Source: an uncultured Thermoleophilia bacterium
Lineage (GTDB): Bacteria; Actinomycetota; Thermoleophilia; UBA2241
Direction of reading: 5' to 3'
Length of the DNA stretch: 64,000 nt
NCBI GenBank assembly: GCA_963715985.1
Contig: CAVQSP010000017.1
Location: forward strand, 1-64,000
Below the pieces are notes generated by a model that worked only from the letters and a program-made list of their open reading frames with translations, made no database searches and was not told the DNA's origin. Below are positions 60,580 through 64,000 of this stretch, piece after piece (within the stretch, counting starts at the first letter, position 1; every line of letters starts with the position of its first letter). The translations under genes were made by a program, and so were the position numbers.

Positions 60580-60921
60580 TCAGCTCCGCGGCGTGCGCGT
60601 GCGCCAGTGGAACAGCGCCCCGAGGGCCATGCCGAGGAGCATGCCGAGGACGGCGGAGAAGATCACCAGCCAGACCAGCGAGACCGACGAGGAACCGACG
60701 ACCCAGCTGACGTCGACGCGGCCCGTGTTGGCGATCACGAGCGCGATCAGGACCACAAGCAGGCCGACCGCCAGACCTGCGTAGAGGTAGAGGCGAGTCC
60801 GATGCGCCTTGCGGGCGAAGCGCGCGCCACGCGACTCGCCCGTGGGCTCTGCAGCGACGACGGCTACTGCTGGACGATCGGCCGCGTACGGCTGGGCGGT
60901 GAGTGGTTCAGTGATCTCCAT
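60580..60921 (-). CDS. LapA/DUF1049 family small membrane protein
   Basis: LIALVIANTGRVDVSWVVGSSSVSLVWLVI. Confidence 0.75.
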   Translation of the reverse strand: MEITEPLTAQPYAADRPAVAVVAAEPTGESRGARFARKAHRTRLYLYAGLAVGLLVVLIALVIANTGRVDVSWVVGSSSVSLVWLVIFSAVLGMLLGMALGALFHWRTRTPRS

Positions 60922-61149
60922 CTTCCCCTCCATCTGGGGTGACTGCGACGGTGCCCACAGCGAAGAAGGGAGAAGCATCAGGTGGTATGCGGTGATGCCG
61001 TCCGGTGCCGCGAGACCGTCTCATGGGGGTAGGGCCGGGACAGCGTCACGAGAGGCAGCCGACGTCATCGGGGGCGGGCGAGAACCCGTATACAGGACCT
61101 TCCCCTGCACGCAGAAGCTCAACCGCGTTGGCACGCACCCGCCGGCGCG

Positions 61150-62019
61150 TCATTCTCTCGATGCGGCCTTCCGAAGACGCTCGCGGAAGCGCAGGACCTG
61201 GGCTGGCCCCCAGTCGCCGTGGTCGTTGGTCCAGCCCTCCAGATCCATGAAGTAGCGTGATGCGTCGGCGGTCCCGTGTCCGGCGACGTCACCGATGGGG
61301 ATGTCGAAGCGATACTGAAGCCAGCGGACGAGATCTACGCCGGCGTCGATCTGTCGCCGGCGGCCGAAGATGTGGTCCACCGCAGCCGCGTCGCCGCCGG
61401 TTCCCTCCTCGACGAACTCGATGCCGATGGCGACGTGGTTGAGGCCGATGGTGTGTCGGCCGCGCACGTCCAGAGGTAGCAGCTGGTAGATGGTCCCGTC
61501 CTTGTCGATGATGAAGTGCGTCACCGTGCCGGGAAGCTCGCCGACGTTGGGCTGGTTCGACGCGAACGTGTCCCAGGCCGCCTGCATGGTGCCGCCCGCG
61601 GTGTAGTGCAGAACGATGGCCCTGGGCGCCAGGACGGTGCTGTAGTCGCCGTAGTGGCGCTGCGAGTAGGCGGCCATCTGCTGCAGGCGCTCGGCGCCGA
61701 GGTGGATAGGCTTCTGAACGATGGCCGGGCGCGGCGGGGCGCCGGGCGACGTATCGTCGGTCGGCGCAGCGACGGGCGAAGCTGCCGCGACGGTCGGAGA
61801 CGGCAGCCAAGCGGGACTCGAGGGCGCGGGCGTGGCCGATGGCGAGACCCTGACGGCCGAGGCGGTCGGCTTCTCACCACCCCGCAGCGCCGGGATCACG
61901 GCGAAGTAGAAGAGCAGGAAGCTGAGGCAGCCGGCGCCGATCACCAGGGCGATGAGCCGTTGTTGCCGTACGTGCGCGCGCACAGCCTCCCTGCGCTCGT
62001 CCCGGTCGTCGTCGCGCAC
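61150..62019 (-). CDS. Membrane-anchored N-acetylmuramoyl-L-alanine amidase (Amidase_2)
   Basis: TM plus Pro-rich linker; IVLHYT, HFIIDKDGTIYQL, RHTIGLN, IGIE, VAGH. Confidence 0.85.
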   Translation of the reverse strand: MRDDDRDERREAVRAHVRQQRLIALVIGAGCLSFLLFYFAVIPALRGGEKPTASAVRVSPSATPAPSSPAWLPSPTVAAASPVAAPTDDTSPGAPPRPAIVQKPIHLGAERLQQMAAYSQRHYGDYSTVLAPRAIVLHYTAGGTMQAAWDTFASNQPNVGELPGTVTHFIIDKDGTIYQLLPLDVRGRHTIGLNHVAIGIEFVEEGTGGDAAAVDHIFGRRRQIDAGVDLVRWLQYRFDIPIGDVAGHGTADASRYFMDLEGWTNDHGDWGPAQVLRFRERLRKAASRE

Positions 62020-62045
62020 GTCTGCTCCTCAGCCGTCCACGTGGT

Positions 62046-63056
62046 TCAGATGTCGCCGACCGTCCAGTCGTGACGCAGGCCAAAGCGGGCCGCCAGCGGG
62101 TTGAAGCTGTTCACGAAGCGGCCCTTCCAGGCGCCCGCGCGGTCGTTGTCCGGTCCGGCAGCGCTCTGGCTGCCCGACCCGTTGACCCAGTCGAGGTAGT
62201 GCTCGTCGGCGGCGATCGAGTACTGCATCGCCTTGATGAACGCGGCGCGGCTGCGCCGCGCCGCGCCGTCGCTCGTCTGGGGAAGTGCCTGAAGCCGTTC
62301 CAGCACGCTCTGCCGGTTGTCGATCACGTCCTGGATCGTGGCAGCGGCCTCGCTGCGGGACATGGTGTGGTCACCGTAGCCGGTGGTAGCCCGGGCGATA
62401 CCGTGCCTGCCCTTCCCGGCCTGCCGCGCCAGGTCTTCCAGGTTCTGCACCAAAGCCGGTAGTCCGGAGTCGCTCGAGGGGGTGGGTGAGGGGGTCGGCG
62501 AGGGAGTGGGCGACGCCGAGGAAGGCGTCGGGGACGGCGTTGTGCTGGGTGTCGGCGTGGGTGTGAGAGAGAGATCGCCGGTCGTCCCGGGAGGCACGCC
62601 GCCGTCGTGGAGCAGCAGGAAGGCCAGGCCGCCGCCCACCGCCAGGGCGGCGAGGAGGGCGAGAACCAGGAGCAGTGGACGCCCACGGGAGCGACCCGCC
62701 GGGGGGTCGCCGGCGCTCGGCGATGGGGGCACCGAGGCGGACGGCGGAGGGGACGCGGACGCGTGGGTGCCGGGCGGCGCCGGGCCATGAACGGCGGGAC
62801 CGGACGGCGACGGGCCGACAGCGGAGCGACCCCGCGGGACGACAACGGTCGCGGCCGGCTCAGGCCTGAGCGATCCGCAGCCGTGACAGAATCGGATGGC
62901 ACCACTGTTCTGAACGCCGCAGGCGGCGCACGTCCAGGGCTCGGGGGGCGGCGCCGGAGGCTCAACGGCGGTCGCGTCACGGACGGCGGCGCCGCAATGG
63001 ATGCAGTGCGCCGCGTCGACGGGCACTGCGCTCCCACAGGCGTGACAGACCGCCAT
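62046..63056 (-). CDS. Double zinc-ribbon, single-TM protein with Pro/Ser/Thr linker
   Basis: CHACG..CIHCG, WTCAACG..FCHGCG; TM helix; (PT/PS)n. Confidence 0.75.
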   Translation of the reverse strand: MAVCHACGSAVPVDAAHCIHCGAAVRDATAVEPPAPPPEPWTCAACGVQNSGAIRFCHGCGSLRPEPAATVVVPRGRSAVGPSPSGPAVHGPAPPGTHASASPPPSASVPPSPSAGDPPAGRSRGRPLLLVLALLAALAVGGGLAFLLLHDGGVPPGTTGDLSLTPTPTPSTTPSPTPSSASPTPSPTPSPTPSSDSGLPALVQNLEDLARQAGKGRHGIARATTGYGDHTMSRSEAAATIQDVIDNRQSVLERLQALPQTSDGAARRSRAAFIKAMQYSIAADEHYLDWVNGSGSQSAAGPDNDRAGAWKGRFVNSFNPLAARFGLRHDWTVGDI

Positions 63057-63352
63057 GGCGCCTCCAGAGAGGAAGGTGGACCTCCTCTTCTACGGTACTC
63101 TCGCGCGGGGCCGGACACTAGTGGCGGGACTGCCTACTACTACGCATCGTGGCACTGGGAGTTCCTGCCGAGGGTCTCGGCCTTGCCGTCATCCGTCGAC
63201 GGGATCGCCAGATCCGACGAGTCCACCCCTGATCTGTCGGCTCTGGCGATCCTGACAGTGGTCTGCCGTTCGCGTCGCATCCACCACGGCCCGGAGTCAC
63301 TGAGTCGAACCTGGGCGGAATCGCGATCGCCGGGAAAGGGGTATGTGTGCGC

Positions 63353-63742
63353 ATGGATCTCGATAGCCGTACAGCTCAGCTCTGCCTTGAAGGCACCCAG
63401 GCCGAGTTCGAGCGTCGCATCGACGATGCCCGCGGGCTGTTCCTGGCCGCGTGGGAGGCCCGCGCCGATGACTACGACGCGGCGATGGCCGCGCACTACG
63501 TCGCCCATCTCGAGTCAGATCCCGACGAAGCTCTGCGCTGGCACCTCCTCGCGCTCGGACATGCGCAGATGGACGAGCGCTCGGCGGAGTTCATGGGTTC
63601 GCTCCTCGTGAGCCTCGGCGGCGCGTATGAGGCGATCGGCGACGCCGCCGAGGCCAAGCGCTTCTTCGAGCTCGCGTCGCACCACGGCGTGCAGCACGTC
63701 GCGGGAGAGCAGCCGGCCGTGGCGCATCCGCCCAACAGGTGA
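63353..63742 (+). CDS. TPR-like hypothetical protein
   Basis: ARGLFLAAWEARADDYDAAMAAHYVA...SLLVSLGGAYEAIGD. Confidence 0.7.
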   Translation: MDLDSRTAQLCLEGTQAEFERRIDDARGLFLAAWEARADDYDAAMAAHYVAHLESDPDEALRWHLLALGHAQMDERSAEFMGSLLVSLGGAYEAIGDAAEAKRFFELASHHGVQHVAGEQPAVAHPPNR

Positions 63743-63786
63743 TCGTGTCCCAGAGGCTGCTGCGTTGTGTATCGACTGGAAGGGAC

Positions 63787-64000
63787 TCAGGAGGTCCGCG
63801 CGGGGCAATCAGGAGCCGCGGAGTCGCTCAGGGCGCGCTCCCACAGGTCCCAGCGCTTGACCACCCTCATCCCCACGCGCCGGTAGAGTGCGGTGGCCCC
63901 CGTCGCGTTCTCCGCGTCGACGGCCAGGACCACGTGCCGGACCCCGCGAGCGGCGAACGCGGCGAACGCGTGGCGAAGGAGGGCCGCTCCGATCCCGCGG
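63787..64000 (-). CDS. GNAT acetyltransferase, C-terminal part (truncated by window edge)
   Basis: Manual translation RGIGAALLRHAFAAFAARGVRHVVLAVDAENATGATALYRRVGM. Confidence 0.8.
   Translation of the reverse strand, partial: RGIGAALLRHAFAAFAARGVRHVVLAVDAENATGATALYRRVGMRVVKRWDLWERALSDSAAPDCPARTS

Overview
Very GC-rich bacterial DNA. The gene repertoire (PFOR, FG-GAP and lectin-like C1 peptidase surface proteins, PucR regulator) suggests an anaerobic Actinomycetota member such as Thermoleophilia; this is inference. Many genes are split by single-base frameshifts, most likely long-read indel errors. From about 4.4 to 44 kb the window reads as a patchwork accessory region punctuated by same-strand tRNA-derived repeats: one full-length but degenerate tRNA-Ala (4453-4528), four tRNA-Ala 3' fragments (ending 6168, 32569, 38073, 39030) and one probable tRNA-Val 3' fragment (ending 44066). 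Three fragments are followed at a near-constant 57-58 bp gap by an 11-bp-period direct repeat resembling integrase arm sites. A shared structured leader of about 225 bp occurs twice, with a third partial copy. The repeats delimit cargo blocks: a nucleotidyltransferase/HTH toxin-antitoxin-like pair (1.6 kb); a 26 kb PucR-associated catabolic island with a two-component system and a split tyrosine-integrase relic; a secreted papain-like protease, SRPBCC and SGNH block; a single-gene lipoprotein cassette; and an ABC exporter block. The right third holds a radical SAM-GMC oxidoreductase operon, an anti-sigma factor, an MFS transporter, PFOR with a DHODH-like partner, a cyclodeaminase, Hsp20, an amidase and small hypothetical genes.
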